DNA of 47,014 nt, filler included, from an uncultured virus (IMG/VR IMGVR_UViG_2049941000_000885) (15 parts of one record of this genome joined end to end with filler, not necessarily neighbours in it); one strand, 5' to 3'. Shown: positions 21,724 to 33,701, numbered from the whole stretch's first letter. The notes: a model not told the origin generated them from the sequence alone. Numbers and translations: made by a program.

Positions 21724-23146
21724 ATGAGTTCGCACACAATCCGAAGCCTGCCGATGCTCAGCAAGGCCGACTTTGAGGCTGCGCGGGCGCGTCGGAGCTT
21801 CCTCACCTACTGTGAAAAGGTGCATGAGGGCCGATGGACACCAGCCCGTCACCATAAGCTGATCGCTCAGAAATTGCAGGATGTCGCGGACGGCAAGTGC
21901 AAGCGCCTCATGGTCTGGCTGCCGCCCCGCCACGGAAAGAGCATGGAGATCACCGAAACCTTCCCGTCGTATTTCCTCGGCAAGCATCCTGAGAAGCACG
22001 TCATTGAGGTGTCCTACAACAACGAGTTCGCTGAGAAGTTCGGAAACGCCAACCTTGCCAAGATCGACAAGTTCGGCGAGAGCATCTTCGGGCACCATCG
22101 TTCAGAAACGAAAGCCACGAAGACAAACTGGCTGCTGGACAATGACATCGGCGGCATGCTTTCGGTCGGCGTAGGCGGTGCTATCACGGGCGNNNNNNNN
22201 NNNNNNNNNNNNNNNNNNNNNNNNNNNNNNNNNNNNNNNNNNNNNNNNNNNNNNNNNNNNNNNNNNNNNNNNNNNNNNNNNNNNNNNNNNNNNNNNNNNN
22301 NNNNNNNNNNNNNNNNNNNNNNNNNNNNNNNNNNNNNNNNNNNNNNNNNNNNNNNNNNNNNNNNNNNNNNNNNNNNNNNNNNNNNNNNNNNNNNNNNNNN
22401 NNNNNNNNNNNNNNNNNNNNNNNNNNNNNNNNNNNNNNNNNNNNNNNNNNNNNNNNNNNNNNNNNNNNNNNNNNNNNNNNNNNNNNNNNNNNNNNNNNNN
22501 NNNNNNNNNNNNNNNNNNNNNNNNNNNNNNNNNNNNNNNNNNNNNNNNNNNNNNNNNNNNNNNNNNNNNNNNNNNNNNNNNNNNNNNNNNNNNNNNNNNN
22601 NNNNNNNNNNNNNNNNNNNNNNNNNNNNNNNNNNNNNNNNNNNNNNNNNNNNNNNNNNNNNNNNNNNNNNNNNNNNNNNNNNNNNNNNNNNNNNNNNNNN
22701 NNNNNNNNNNNNNNNNNNNNNNNNNNNNNNNNNNNNNNNNNNNNNNNNNNNNNNNNNNNNNNNNNNNNNNNNNNNNNNNNNNNNNNNNNNNNNNNNNNNN
22801 NNNNNNNNNNNNNNNNNNNNNNNNNNNNNNNNNNNNNNNNNNNNNNNNNNNNNNNNNNNNNAGACAGATTCCCGGAATTGTGCCTGTGCATCCCGACGGC
22901 GGCAAAGTCGTCAGAGCACAGGCAATTATGCCGTTTGTGGAGGCCGGGAATGTTTACCTGCCTGACCCAAGCATAGCCCCGTGGATTCACGATTTCATTG
23001 AGGAGTGCGCAAACTTCCCAAACGCACTGCATGATGACGACGTGGACGCGATGACGCAGGCACTGAACCAGCTTGGAGCTATGCCGAATTTCGCTCTGCC
23101 TCCGTCCGATTACGGGAACGACAGAGTAAGTTACTGGCAAAGATGA
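21724..23146 (+). CDS. terL: Terminase large subunit (gapped)
   Basis: Walker A PPRHGKS, GVGGAITG, nuclease FPNALHDDDVDAMTQAL. Confidence 0.92.
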
Positions 23147-23171
23147 GGTGAGATGAGACAANNNNNNNNNN

Positions 23172-23629
23172 CAGGGCAAACGCGGCATCGAAGTGTACCG
23201 CGAGATGTCCGAGAACGACGACGTGTGCGGTGCTATCCTGTACGTTATCGAAACCCTCATCCGGCAAAGTTCGTGGAGCATCCAAGCCGGAGGCAAATCT
23301 GCGAAGGATGAGGAGTGCAAGGAGTTCTTGGAGAGCTGCATGGATGACATGCAGGACACGTGGACCGACACGATTTCCGAAATCCTGTCCTTCCTGACCT
23401 TCGGCTGGAGCTATCACGAGATCGTATACAAGCGCAGGACGGGCAACAGCCGCGACCCGCGCCTGAAATCACGGTACACAGACGGTCTGATCGGCTGGCA
23501 GAAGCTCCCGATCAGGTCACAGGAAACACTGTTCCGCTGGGAGTATGACGAACAGGAGAATCTGATCGGCATGACCCAACTCCCGCCGCCAAACTACGTT
23601 ATGGCGACAATCCCGATCACCAAGGCGCT
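23172..23629 (+). CDS. Portal protein, N-terminal fragment
   Basis: VYREMSEND, FLTFGWSYHEIVYK, WQKLPIRSQETL; follows terL. Confidence 0.85.
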
Positions 23630-23669
23630 AGATCGGAAGAGCGTCGTGTAGGGAAAGAGTGTAGATCTC
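23630..23669 (+). other. Illumina TruSeq adapter contamination
   Basis: AGATCGGAAGAGCGTCGTGTAGGGAAAGAGTGTAGATCTC. Confidence 0.98.
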
Positions 23670-23769
23670 NNNNNNNNNNNNNNNNNNNNNNNNNNNNNNN
23701 NNNNNNNNNNNNNTTAATTAATTAANNNNNNNNNNNNNNNNNNNNNNNNNNNNNNNNNNNNNNNNNNNN

Positions 23770-24428
23770 AACCATTCTCAAATGGCGTGATGCTGCCACC
23801 TGCTCATCCCGGTTGCAGGTGCGCGGTGAAGTATCATCTGAAACCTGCAGGAAAATCTGTTACGGAAGAATTGAATTGGGAAGACAAACTCACAAAAGAG
23901 GAAAGACAAGCGGTCATAGACTACTCAGGCAGTTCGTATAGTGCCGTTAATTCTTACATGGGCGGGGAGGAAGAATACGGAACAGATGCTGTTAAGCGGA
24001 TTGCTCATGACCTCGAAAGCGCTTTGAGCAAAGCTTCCCTCCCAGAAAGAATGACGGTTTATAGGGGAACAGACCTCCGAGAAGTCGCCGGACTATTTGG
24101 CGGGAACCCAAACAGGTATTATCGCTTTGAAGAGATTGAAAAGCTCGAAGGTTTAATCGGAAAGACTGTAACGAACGACAGATTTGTCAGCACTTCATAC
24201 GACGAGGTGCTCCCACAATACGCACAAAAAGGTGTTGTGATGCACATATCATTGCCTGAAGGCGCACAGGCTGCCGACATTAGTCATATTTCAAGGCACA
24301 AGGAAGAAGAAAGAGAAGTGCTGATTAATGTAGGTCAAAAAATGAGAATCACAAGCATACAAGCCAATGCGGACGAAGAAGGGTTTGTGAATGGTTTGAT
24401 TCACCTTTTTGTTGAAGTTCTGCGTTAA
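23770..24428 (+). CDS. C-terminus of MuF/minor head protein fused to a VIP2/C3-like ADP-ribosyltransferase domain
   Basis: MuF end motif PPAHPGCRC, then the ART R-S-E triad: VYRG, FVSTS, EREVL; lower GC than flanks. Confidence 0.85.
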
Positions 24429-24443
24429 AAAGGAGTTTGAGAT

Positions 24444-24572
24444 ATGAGTAAAACATTCAAGGATTATCTGATCTGCAAAGAACAGNNNNNNNNNNNNNNN
24501 NNNNNNNNNNNNNNNNATGGGACCTACCGCATGTTCTCCATTGAGGGACAGGCAATTCGAGAGAAAGTATGA
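24444..24572 (+). CDS. XkdF-like putative prohead protease (both ends only; middle collapsed in gap)
   Basis: AAGGAG RBS, start MSKTFKDY; C-terminal GTYRMFSIEGQAIREKV. Confidence 0.55.
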   Translation: MSKTFKDYLICKEQXXXXXXXXXXXGTYRMFSIEGQAIREKV

Positions 24573-24589
24573 AAGCGAGGTGATCGGCA

Positions 24590-25165
24590 ATGCCCACGAA
24601 ACTGAAAGGCTTGAAAATCAAGCGCGTTGCGCTGGTAGACGAGGGCGCGAATCCTGATGCGTACATCAAGTTCGCCAAAAGTAAAGACGGTGAAGAACCG
24701 ATGGCTGACGTTGGAATGACCAGCGAGCAGGCCATCGGTTTTTTCGAGCGTATGGCGGCGATTGTCCGTAAAGCATTCTCAGGTGAGAATGTGGACAAGT
24801 CCGCGTATACCTTCGCCGAAACGAAGGAGCAGCGCAACTATGACAAGGTGATGTCCGATGAAATCTATCCGACCATCTGGGCGTTTACGGACAGCATTTG
24901 CTCCATCCTGAACGACCCTGAGAAGACGGATGATGAAAAGGCATCCATGATGAAGCAGAGCGTCACGGAGTTTTCCGATACCTTTAGTTCCTGCGCCGGA
25001 GCATGGTCTCAGGCTCAATCGGCGCAATCGAACATCGTAAAGGACGAAGCCGTGTTGACCAAGATGCGTGACAGCATCGCCGCCCTGATCGAGAAGAAGG
25101 CTGACAGCGGTGAGGAGCAGCCGAAAGATGAGGGCAAGGACAATGACGGCCTGCACGTTCAAAGA
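24590..25165 (+). CDS. Head scaffold-like structural protein, N-terminal part
   Basis: MPTKLKGLKIKRVALVDEGANPDA...; acidic; in head module. Confidence 0.6.
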
Positions 25166-25175
25166 NNNNNNNNNN

Positions 25176-25746
25176 AACGGCTGGGAGTTCCAGCTACTCA
25201 CCTCTGGCGGCACACGGCAGTTTGATACCAACGCGATTATCGAGCGGTACGATACCCGCATCGCCATGACCACGATGGCCGACTTCATCCTGCTTGGGCA
25301 TCAGAAGGTCGGTTCCTTCGCCCTGTCCTCAGATAAGACGGAGCTGTTCAGCATGGCGCTGGGCGCTTACCTCGACATCATCTGCGAAGTGTTCAACAAT
25401 CAGGGCATCCCGCGCCTGATCGAGATGAACGGTGACCATTTCCGAGGTATCACCGAGTACCCGAAGCTGACCCACGGAGACGTGGAGACCCCGGACCTGA
25501 AAGACCTGTCCGCTTACGTCAAGGAGCTGACAGGCTGCGCCGCCCTCACGCCTGACGAAGACCTCGAAGCCTACCTGCGGAAGGTCGCCAACCTGCCTGA
25601 ACGTCTGGAAGATCAGCAGTNNNNNNNNNNAGGACGAGGCCAAGGACAAGAAATCGGCTCAGGAAGGTCAGGACATCGACATGGATGAGCTGGCCGACGA
25701 AGAGGCCGAAGCGGAGGCGGCAAAGAAGCGTCTGGGAAGGGGCTGA
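25176..25746 (+). CDS. Portal protein, C-terminal fragment (displaced)
   Basis: IERYDTRIAMT...GSFALSSDKT...LEAYLRKVANLP. Confidence 0.8.
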
Positions 25747-25750
25747 TTGA

Positions 25751-26293
25751 GTGGATATTCATGATCTGCTTGACAGCTTCATCGACCGTGTAAGTCCACG
25801 CCCTGCCCGTTTTCTGACCCGCATGTGGGGCGATCAGCAGAAGGCTATTACCTATCACGAGCTGAGAGATGCGATCTTAGATGGCTCTCTCAGCCTCGAT
25901 TACCTCAGCCAATGGGAGCAGGATTATAGCGTGTTCCTGACTGAGTGCTACGGACCCGTTGTGGACGAGGCAGCGAAGGCAGCCCACGAGATGCTGGCCG
26001 CTCAGTACGGCGGTTATCTTCAGGACCCGATGCGCGGCCTCATGGACAATTACGTCCGAGATCACGGTGGGCGGCTGATTCGAGAAGTCAGCGAAGGCCA
26101 GTACATGGCAATCAATACGCTGGTACGTCAGGCAACGCTGACCGACACGCTGACCGTTGACGAGCTGGCCCGCTGCATCCGGCCATGTATCGGCCTGACC
26201 CAGCGGCAGGCACAGCAATGCAAACGCTTCTATGAGCAGTTGCGCGAGGACGGGTACAGCAAGAACGCCGCCCTGAAAAAGGAGGCCAACCTC
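25751..26293 (+). CDS. MuF/minor head morphogenesis protein, N-terminal part
   Basis: Directly after portal end; QQKAITYHELR, ELARCIRPCIGLT; likely continues into 23770-24428. Confidence 0.7.
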
Positions 26294-26393
26294 NNNNNNN
26301 NNNNNNNNNNNNNNNNNNNNNNNNNNNNNNNNNNNNNTTAATTAATTAANNNNNNNNNNNNNNNNNNNNNNNNNNNNNNNNNNNNNNNNNNNN

Positions 26394-26996
26394 TCGCCAA
26401 GGGCTGGAAGCCCAACAACTATCTGACCAACCTGAGCGTGGCTCACTTCCAGCCTGACGACTGGTTCGTTTCCCCGTTCGTGTTCCCCATCCTGCCCGTG
26501 CAGCTTTCCACCAGCTACTACTACAAGTTCAACAAGGCCGATCTCGCCCGTGACAACGTGCAGAGGAAGCCTGAGTTCGGCAAGGTTCAGCCTATGATCT
26601 TCGGCACCGACAAGGAAATCTATTCCTGCGAGGTCGATCAGGTCATTATCGGTCTGGACCAGATTCGCTCTCAGGACTACAGCCGCGCTGGTACTCCGGG
26701 CATCTCTGACCCCCGCCGTGCGAAGGTTCGTCTGGCAACCGAGCAGATGAAGGTCCACATGGACCGCGTCTTTGCTGAAGGTTTCTTCAAGGCTGGCGTG
26801 TGGTCCACCGAGTACGAAGGCAAGTCCAGCACTCCCGGCTCCGNNNNNNNNNNNNNNNNNNNNNNNNNNNNNNNNNNNNNNNNNNNNNNNNNNNNNNNNN
26901 NNNNNNNNNNNNNNNNNNNNNNNNNNNNNNNNNNNNNNNNNNNNNNNNNNNNNNNNNNNNNNNNNNNTGGGCTACTTCCTGAAGGATTGCGTGTAA
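26394..26996 (+). CDS. Major capsid protein (gapped)
   Basis: GWKPNNYLTNLSVAHFQ...FPILPVQLST.YYYKF; ends LGYFLKDCV. Confidence 0.75.
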
Positions 26997-27006
26997 GACC
27001 TTATCC

Positions 27007-27154
27007 GCACCGCCCTATAAGGGTAGCCGCATGCTTTTCACCTCCTGGGCATGGGTGACAGCCTCGCTTCCGTGGTACGCCCTGCCCTCGCGTACAGCAG
27101 CCCGACCACCTGCTGTTGTCCACGGAAGTGCAAAGGCGGTCTAACGGTGCTTTT
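27007..27154 (+). ncRNA. Candidate multi-stem structured RNA after the capsid gene
   Basis: Nested inverted repeats GCACCG/CGGTGC, CGCTTCCGTGG/CCACGGAAGTG, TACGC/GCGTA, CAGCAG/CTGCTG, TCACC/GGTGA. Confidence 0.4.
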
Positions 27155-27181
27155 ATTCCATGAGAAAGGAGGACGTTGACC

Positions 27182-27484
27182 ATGCAGAAATTCATCAGCA
27201 ATAAGCCGTGTAGGTTTGGCGAGCGTAATTTCATGATCGGTGAGGAGATTCCCACTGATCTGATCGCCCCAGCCCGCGTCCCTGCGCTGCTGAAGTACGG
27301 TACTATCGTGACCGTCGAAGTGCCGGACAAACAGCCTGCTCCCGCTCCCGTTGAGCCTGAGCAGACCGACCCTGCCGCCACGGGTGAGAACTCCGAGGAA
27401 CCTCACGCCGAAGAACAGGCTCCCGTTGAGCCTGAGCAGCAGGAAAAAGCCGCGAAAGGCAATGGAAGGAAGGCTCAGAAATGA
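27182..27484 (+). CDS. Small post-capsid hypothetical protein
   Basis: AAGGAGG RBS; Pro/Glu-rich tail. Confidence 0.6.
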   Translation: MQKFISNKPCRFGERNFMIGEEIPTDLIAPARVPALLKYGTIVTVEVPDKQPAPAPVEPEQTDPAATGENSEEPHAEEQAPVEPEQQEKAAKGNGRKAQK

Positions 27485-27984
27485 GCACCTACACCTATAA
27501 TCCGTCTGAGATCAGCAGCAGGTCGGTAAGCCGNNNNNNNNNNAAATCCAGAAGGCGAAGCCTGACATGCGCTGGCCCGATGCGGTTGACGCTGCCTGTG
27601 CTGCCCATCCCGATCTCGTGGAACAGTACGAGAAGTCCCGCCGCTAATACCGGGTGGGAGAAAGGAGAAGATCATGTCTTACCTGANNNNNNNNNNNNNN
27701 NNNNNNNNNNNNNNNNNNNNNNNNNNNNNNNNNNNNNNNNNNNNNNNNNNNNNNNNNNNNNNNNNNNNNNNNNNNNNNNNNNNNNNNNNNNNNNNNNNNN
27801 NNNNNNNNNNNNNNNNNNNNNNNNNNNNNNNNNNNNNNNNNNNNNNNNNNNNNNNNNNNNNNNNNNNNNNNNNNNNNNNNNNNNNNNNNNNNNNNNNNNN
27901 NNNNNNNNNNNNNNNNNNNNNNNNNNNNNNNNNNNNNNNNNNNNNNNNNNNNNNNNNNNNNNNNNNNNNNNNNNNNNNNNNNNN

Positions 27985-28190
27985 CGGTCGCATCGGCATA
28001 ACCCGCCCCGAACAGTTCCCGAAGCTGTTCCACGTTTACAGCGTAGCCACGGACACGTCCGATGTCGGCAGAATCCGGCACGGCGACAGGGAGCTTTACA
28101 CCTCCCTGCGGTGCATCCTGTCCATAGCGAAGCCTGAAGAAGCGGAACGCTTCAGTCAGATGGGTGTGACGGTCACACATACCATCTTCC
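27985..28190 (+). CDS. Head-closure-like protein, fragment
   Basis: RPEQFPKLFHV...LRCILS.A.PEE.ERFSQ..VTVTHTI; position in head-tail region. Confidence 0.45.
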
Positions 28191-28200
28191 NNNNNNNNNN

Positions 28201-28377
28201 TACGCCATCGCTGGCGAAACCATCAAGCGCGGCGACCTGCTGATGGCTCACACCGATGGCACGCTGAAGAAGGCGACCGCTGGCAAGAATGTGCTGGCTA
28301 TCGCTCTGTCCGATGCTGCCTCTGGTAAGCCCTGCGAAGTCTACATCATGCGGACCCTGATTGCGCCTGCGTCGTAA
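28201..28377 (+). CDS. Capsid decoration/cement (DUF2190-like) protein, C-terminal fragment
   Basis: AGETIKRGDLLMA..DG..KKATAG..VLAIALSDA. Confidence 0.6.
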   Translation, partial: YAIAGETIKRGDLLMAHTDGTLKKATAGKNVLAIALSDAASGKPCEVYIMRTLIAPAS

Positions 28378-28398
28378 TCAACCGCAGAGNNNNNNNNN

Positions 28399-28683
28399 NC
28401 CGCTTTGAACTCGGCGATGTCATGGTCGATGGCGGGGAAGAAACCTGTTACCTTGCGGATGAAGAGATCGAGGCTGTGCTGGCTGAAACGTCCGGCTGGA
28501 AAAGGTGCCTATTCAGACTGGCAGATGCCGTCTGTATGCGGTTGTCCTTTGAAACCAACTGGCGTGACGACGGTACGGCCTTTGATCTGAACCAGCGTGC
28601 AGAACGATGGATGAAACTGCGCGACCGCTTTGAGAAGGAAGCCGAGATCGAGGCATGCACGCCTCAGTCCGGGGCCGTAGAAG
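28399..28683 (+). CDS. Head-tail adaptor-like protein, fragment (start probably 27481 MSTYTYNP)
   Basis: RFELGDVMVDGGEETCYLADEEIEA. Confidence 0.55.
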
Positions 28684-28795
28684 NNNNNNNNNNNNNNNNN
28701 NNNNNNNNNNNNNNNNNNNNNNNNNNNTTAATTAATTAANNNNNNNNNNNNNNNNNNNNNNNNNNNNNNNNNNNNNNNNNNNNGAGCGATAAGCA

Positions 28796-29002
28796 ATGGC
28801 TGAAAAGAAACCTGAAGCCGTGGTCGAAAAGGCCCCGGTCGAGACGTTCGATGCCGAGGAAATCGCGCAGAACGCTGACCATCTGTTCGGCTACAGCCAC
28901 GATCTGGCGGCCACCGCTCTGGAGCTGGCTGGCGTGAAGCGCTGCACTCTGGACGATGCGAAGCAGATCATCAAAGAGTTCGCGGAAAGGAAGGTACAGT
29001 AA
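28796..29002 (+). CDS. Small pre-sheath protein
   Basis: 68 aa ending IIKEFAERKVQ, abutting sheath start. Confidence 0.6.
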   Translation: MAEKKPEAVVEKAPVETFDAEEIAQNADHLFGYSHDLAATALELAGVKRCTLDDAKQIIKEFAERKVQ

Positions 29003-29003
29003 C

Positions 29004-30529
29004 ATGGCAGGAAGATTTACTGCTGGCGAGACCAAGACCCGTCCGGGCATTTACTTCCGTCAGGAAAACGGCGGCGGTCTCGNNNNNNNNNNNNNNNNNN
29101 NNNNNNNNNNNNNNNNNNNNNNNNNNNNNNNNNNNNNNNNNNNNNNNNNNNNNNNNNNNNNNNNNNNNNNNNNNNNNNNNNNNNNNGGGTCCGCTTGGCG
29201 AGATCGTGACCATCGAAGACCCCTCTGAAATCCCCTACATCTACGGCGACGATTCCGGCAGCAACAGCAACGTCGCCATCCTCACCAAGATTTTTCAGGG
29301 CGGCGCGTCTGTCATCAAGGCTGTTCGCGTTGGCACTGGCGGCACAAAAGCCAGCGTAACCCTGAAGGACACCGCGTCCACTCCCGCAAACGTCGTCACC
29401 CTGACGGCAAAATACGCCGGGACCCGCGCCCTGTCTGTGACCATCAAGGACAGCCTGTCCGTCAATACCGAGCGCGAGTGCATCATCTACGCTGGCACCA
29501 AGGAACTGAGCAAAGTCACCTTCGAGAAGGGCAATGCCGGAGAAGTTGACGCTCTGGTTGCCGCCATCAATGCCAGCGAAGACTTCGTCTGCATCGCCAC
29601 CAAGGTTGCCGCTGGCAACGGTGAGATGGCTGCCGTCACTCAGACCGCCTTTACCACGGCGGGTGTGTCCCCGGTCATCGCATCCACGGACTACGATGCC
29701 GCGTTCGCGGTACTGGAAGCCGATGTGTGGAACACGATCTGCATTGACACCAACGACAATACCATCCACACCCTGCTGAAGACCTTCATCAACAGGGCCA
29801 ATGATGCGGGTCTGATGGGCATTGCGGTCGTAGGCGAACCNNNNNNNNNNNNNNNNNNNNNNNNNNNNNNNNNNNNNNNNNNNNNNNNNNNNNNNNNNNN
29901 NNNNNNNNCGCCAGAGCCGCGCCGCCAGCTACAATAGCGAGAACTTCGTCTATTGCCTGAACGGTTTCAAGATCGGCGATGTCGTGTATGAGGGCTTCGA
30001 TGCTGCCGCTGTCATGGCGGGCTACATTGCGTACCTGCCCTGCAACGATTCCATCACCCACAAGATCATCGCGGGCGCGACTGAGATTGTCGGCCCCCTG
30101 ACCAACAGCCAGATCGTGAACTGCCTGAAGTCCGGCTGTCTGTTGTTCACCCCGTCGTCTTCCGGCGCTGTGTGGGTTGAGCAGGGCATCAACACCCTCG
30201 TCATCCTGTCCGGCACTCAGGACGCTGGCTGGAAGAAGATTCGCCGCACCAAGACGAGGTTCGAGCTGATCACCCGCATCAACCAGAACTCCGAGGGCAT
30301 CATCGGCGCGGTGAATAACGATGCCAACGGTCGTGCCACCTTCATGGCGATTGCCAATGGTGTCATCAATCAGATGATTGCTGAGGGCAAGCTCCAGAGC
30401 GGTTCCTGCGTCGAAGACCCCGCCAACCTGCCGAAGGGCGATTCCGCGTGGTTCGTGCTCGACATCCTCGACCTCGACAGCATCGAGAAGGTGTACCTCG
30501 TGTACCGCTTCCACTTCTCCGATGACTAA
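29004..30529 (+). CDS. Tail sheath protein (gapped)
   Basis: GETKTRPGIYF, LTAKYAG, EQGINTL, WKKIRR, IEKVYL. Confidence 0.88.
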
Positions 30530-30552
30530 TCCGAAGAAAGGAGATTAAAACC

Positions 30553-30978
30553 ATGGCTGTTTTGAATACCTACCCGGTCGTGGACGTGCGCAAGGTGATG
30601 TCCGGCAAGGACGGCGCTCTCTACGACGAGGCGGGCGTGATGCTCATGTCCGCCGAACAGTTCCAGTCTCAGGTGACGATCAACAACGCCACCTATCAGC
30701 CCCTGGGCGATGCTCAGGAACACGGGGCCATGACTGGCTTCCGCGTCACCCTGAACTTCAATGAGATCATCATTGAGGACAGCCGCTTCTTCCAAGAGCT
30801 GATGGAGGGTCTGCGCCAGCACAAGATGCCCGTCTGGACTTTCCGTGGCATGATGCGCTCCCCCTACAACGGCAACGAGGAACAGGTCATCTATCGTGAT
30901 TGTGTGCCTGATGGCAACATCGACATTCAGAACATGCAGATCGGTGAACTGTACCGCCGTCCGTGGAGCTTCATCGCC
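30553..30978 (+). CDS. Tail tube protein (XkdM-like)
   Basis: Follows sheath; SGKDGALY...YRDCVPDGNIDI. Confidence 0.8.
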
Positions 30979-31078
30979 NNNNNNNNNNNNNNNNNNNNNN
31001 NNNNNNNNNNNNNNNNNNNNNNTTAATTAATTAANNNNNNNNNNNNNNNNNNNNNNNNNNNNNNNNNNNNNNNNNNNN

Positions 31079-32839
31079 TGTATGGGGCTGGGTGGCTACT
31101 GCTGCTCTCGCCGCAGTTGTGGCAGGCGTGGCGCTCTACAACAAAGCGCAGGAAGACGAGCGCCAGCGCATCCTGCATCTGGGAGATTCTGTCGTTGCCG
31201 CTGTTGATAAATGCAAAGAAAGTGCTGCACAGGTCAATGAAGCGATGGACGTGATCGGCCAGATCAAAGAAATCGAGTTGAAGGTTACTGAGAACAAAGG
31301 TGGCAACGCTCAGGTCATCAAGGAATTTCAGGACGAACTGAGCAAGATCGAGTATGACGCTATCGTCCTCTACGCGAAGATGGCAGACAAGGCCATCTCT
31401 GACGAAGACAAGGCGAAGTTGCAAGAGGAGCTGAATCGGCTCGAATCCGAAAAGCAGGCGTTGATTCATACCAAACTCGCAGGAATCAGCCGCATCGACA
31501 GGGCCTTGCTCAATCTCAAGATTGCCACGCTTGCGCTGAATGACGCTCAGATATATTCGTCCCTGAATGAGCCTACAGAGGCAGATATAACCGCGATGAA
31601 CGAGAAAATCGCAGAAATCCAACTGCAAAAGGCGCAGGTCTACGCACAGTTGTCCGATACAGTGGACCCAGAAGAAGTCGCGGCACTGAATGCGACCATC
31701 ACCGCGCTTACGCTGGCAGAGTTGACCCTGAAAGCGAAGCTCGGAACCATGAGTGCCGAAGACACCGCGACGGCGAACAGTTACATTGCAAGCCTCGGAA
31801 CCACGCTCGACACGATCAAGCTCAAAGCTGCCATGGGTACGCTCACGGAAGAAGACATCGCTGCAGTGAATGAGATGATCGCTGGTCTGGAGTTCCAGAA
31901 GGCCACCATCCAGACGATTCTGGATGCTGGCAATGGCACGCTCACCAAGGAAGAGGAAACCAGCCTGAAAACGCTGATTGATGCTGTCGAGGCGCATAAG
32001 GCAGAGATCGAAGCGAAGCTGAAGAACGACGGCACACTCACGGACACGGAAAAGGCCGCGCTACAAGGCGAGATCGACAACCTGAACGCGAAGAAGGTTC
32101 TGATCGAATCTCTGCTTGCCAACAGTGGCAGCCTCGACGCGACGACGAAAGCCGCGCTCGTTGCAGAGCTGGCAGAACTGAACAAGGAACAGATTTCAAT
32201 TTCCGCTGCTGTCGGAGGTACTGTTGACGATACCGTTCTCAAAGATTGGCTTGCTCAGAACGACAAAAAGGAAGTAACCCTCAAAGCGACACTGGACGCG
32301 AGCGGGTATAACTATCTTCAGGTTGCCCTTATTTCGTCTCAGGTAAATTCCATCGACGAAGCGAAGAAGGAGTTTGCTCTCGTTCTTACCGACAACTCTA
32401 CTCTTACGCCCGATCAGATAGCAGGATATACGGATAAGCTGTCAGCTCTTGCCACTAAGCAGTATACATACGATCTGATGATACAAGGCGCTGGTATGAG
32501 CAAGGATGACATTATCAACCTGAAGACCGAACTCGATAAAATCAAAACGAAAACCGCAACTCTTACGCTGTCTCTGAACGACCAAAACCTCACTGCCGAT
32601 CAGAGACAGTCGATCATCGACGAGATAAACGGTCTGAAAAACACGGCGGCAGATATTGAACTTGTCCTGAAAGGAGCTGAATCTGCCGGAAACACGAAAG
32701 AGATCAATACAATGAAGGCTGAACTGGGCAAAATTCGAGGCGAAGAAGCTGCAATTCTCCTGAGCCTCGGGCTGGACCCGAACAGCGAAATCTCGCAGGC
32801 TGATCTGGACAAAATGATCGGACTTATAAACGGTGTCGG
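31079..32839 (+). CDS. Tape measure protein, internal fragment
   Basis: About 590-aa Ala/Leu/Glu/Lys-rich helical ORF between tube and baseplate genes. Confidence 0.7.
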
Positions 32840-32939
32840 NNNNNNNNNNNNNNNNNNNNNNNNNNNNNNNNNNNNNNNNNNNNTTAATTAATTAANNNNN
32901 NNNNNNNNNNNNNNNNNNNNNNNNNNNNNNNNNNNNNNN

Positions 32940-33701
32940 GCGTTTCGCGGAACGATCTGGGAATGGGGCCACTCGCAGGTGAATGATGACGAGATCATCA
33001 TAACCGCCTACGATATGCTGTTCTATCTCCAGAAGTCTGAAGACTACAAGTATTACGAAGCCGGGAAAAGCACAAAAGCGATCATCGGCGACATACTCGG
33101 CTCGTGGAGCGTTCCGATGGGTGATTACTCAGGTCCGTCCGTCACCCATGAAAAGGTGGTCTACAAATCGCAGGCAGTCAGTTCGATGCTGACAGCCGCG
33201 CTCGATGAGGCCGTAAAGAAGACGGGCAAGAAAGGTATAATCCGCGCCAAACAGGGGAAGTGCGAGATCGTAAAGCAGGGGACGAACTCTGAAATCTGGA
33301 CCTTCGCTGCCACAACGAATCTGCTGATGGCGAGCGATAAGTACAGCATGACCGACCTCGTGACCCGCGTCAAAATCTTCGGTAAAGAGGACAAGGACGG
33401 CACGAAACGCCCGCCTGTCGTGGCGGTCGAGAATGGAGCCACCAACTACGGCACGCTCCAGAAAGTGCTGATGGTTGGCAGCTCCACGGTGGATGAGGCA
33501 AAGGCCGAGGCCGCGAGCATCCTGTCAGACAAGGGCAAGCCCAAACGGACGCTGACCCTCAGGTCGCCTGATATGCCATGCATCCGCAAGGGCGACCGCA
33601 TCCGGGCGATACTTGACAATATCGACGGTTATTTTTTTGTCCTGAGCGTTTCCCATAACGCGACCACGATGCAGATGCAGATGGAGGTGGAACCTGCATG
33701 A
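32940..33701 (+). CDS. XkdQ/YqbQ-like baseplate hub protein
   Basis: ITAYDMLFYLQKS, LVTRVKIFG, YGTLQKV, PCIRKGD. Confidence 0.8.
   Translation, partial: AFRGTIWEWGHSQVNDDEIIITAYDMLFYLQKSEDYKYYEAGKSTKAIIGDILGSWSVPMGDYSGPSVTHEKVVYKSQAVSSMLTAALDEAVKKTGKKGIIRAKQGKCEIVKQGTNSEIWTFAATTNLLMASDKYSMTDLVTRVKIFGKEDKDGTKRPPVVAVENGATNYGTLQKVLMVGSSTVDEAKAEAASILSDKGKPKRTLTLRSPDMPCIRKGDRIRAILDNIDGYFFVLSVSHNATTMQMQMEVEPA

Noticed and set aside
23630..23669. Apparent portal C-terminus 'DRKSVV-stop' suggesting a truncated gene
   Set aside because: Illumina adapter read-through, not biology
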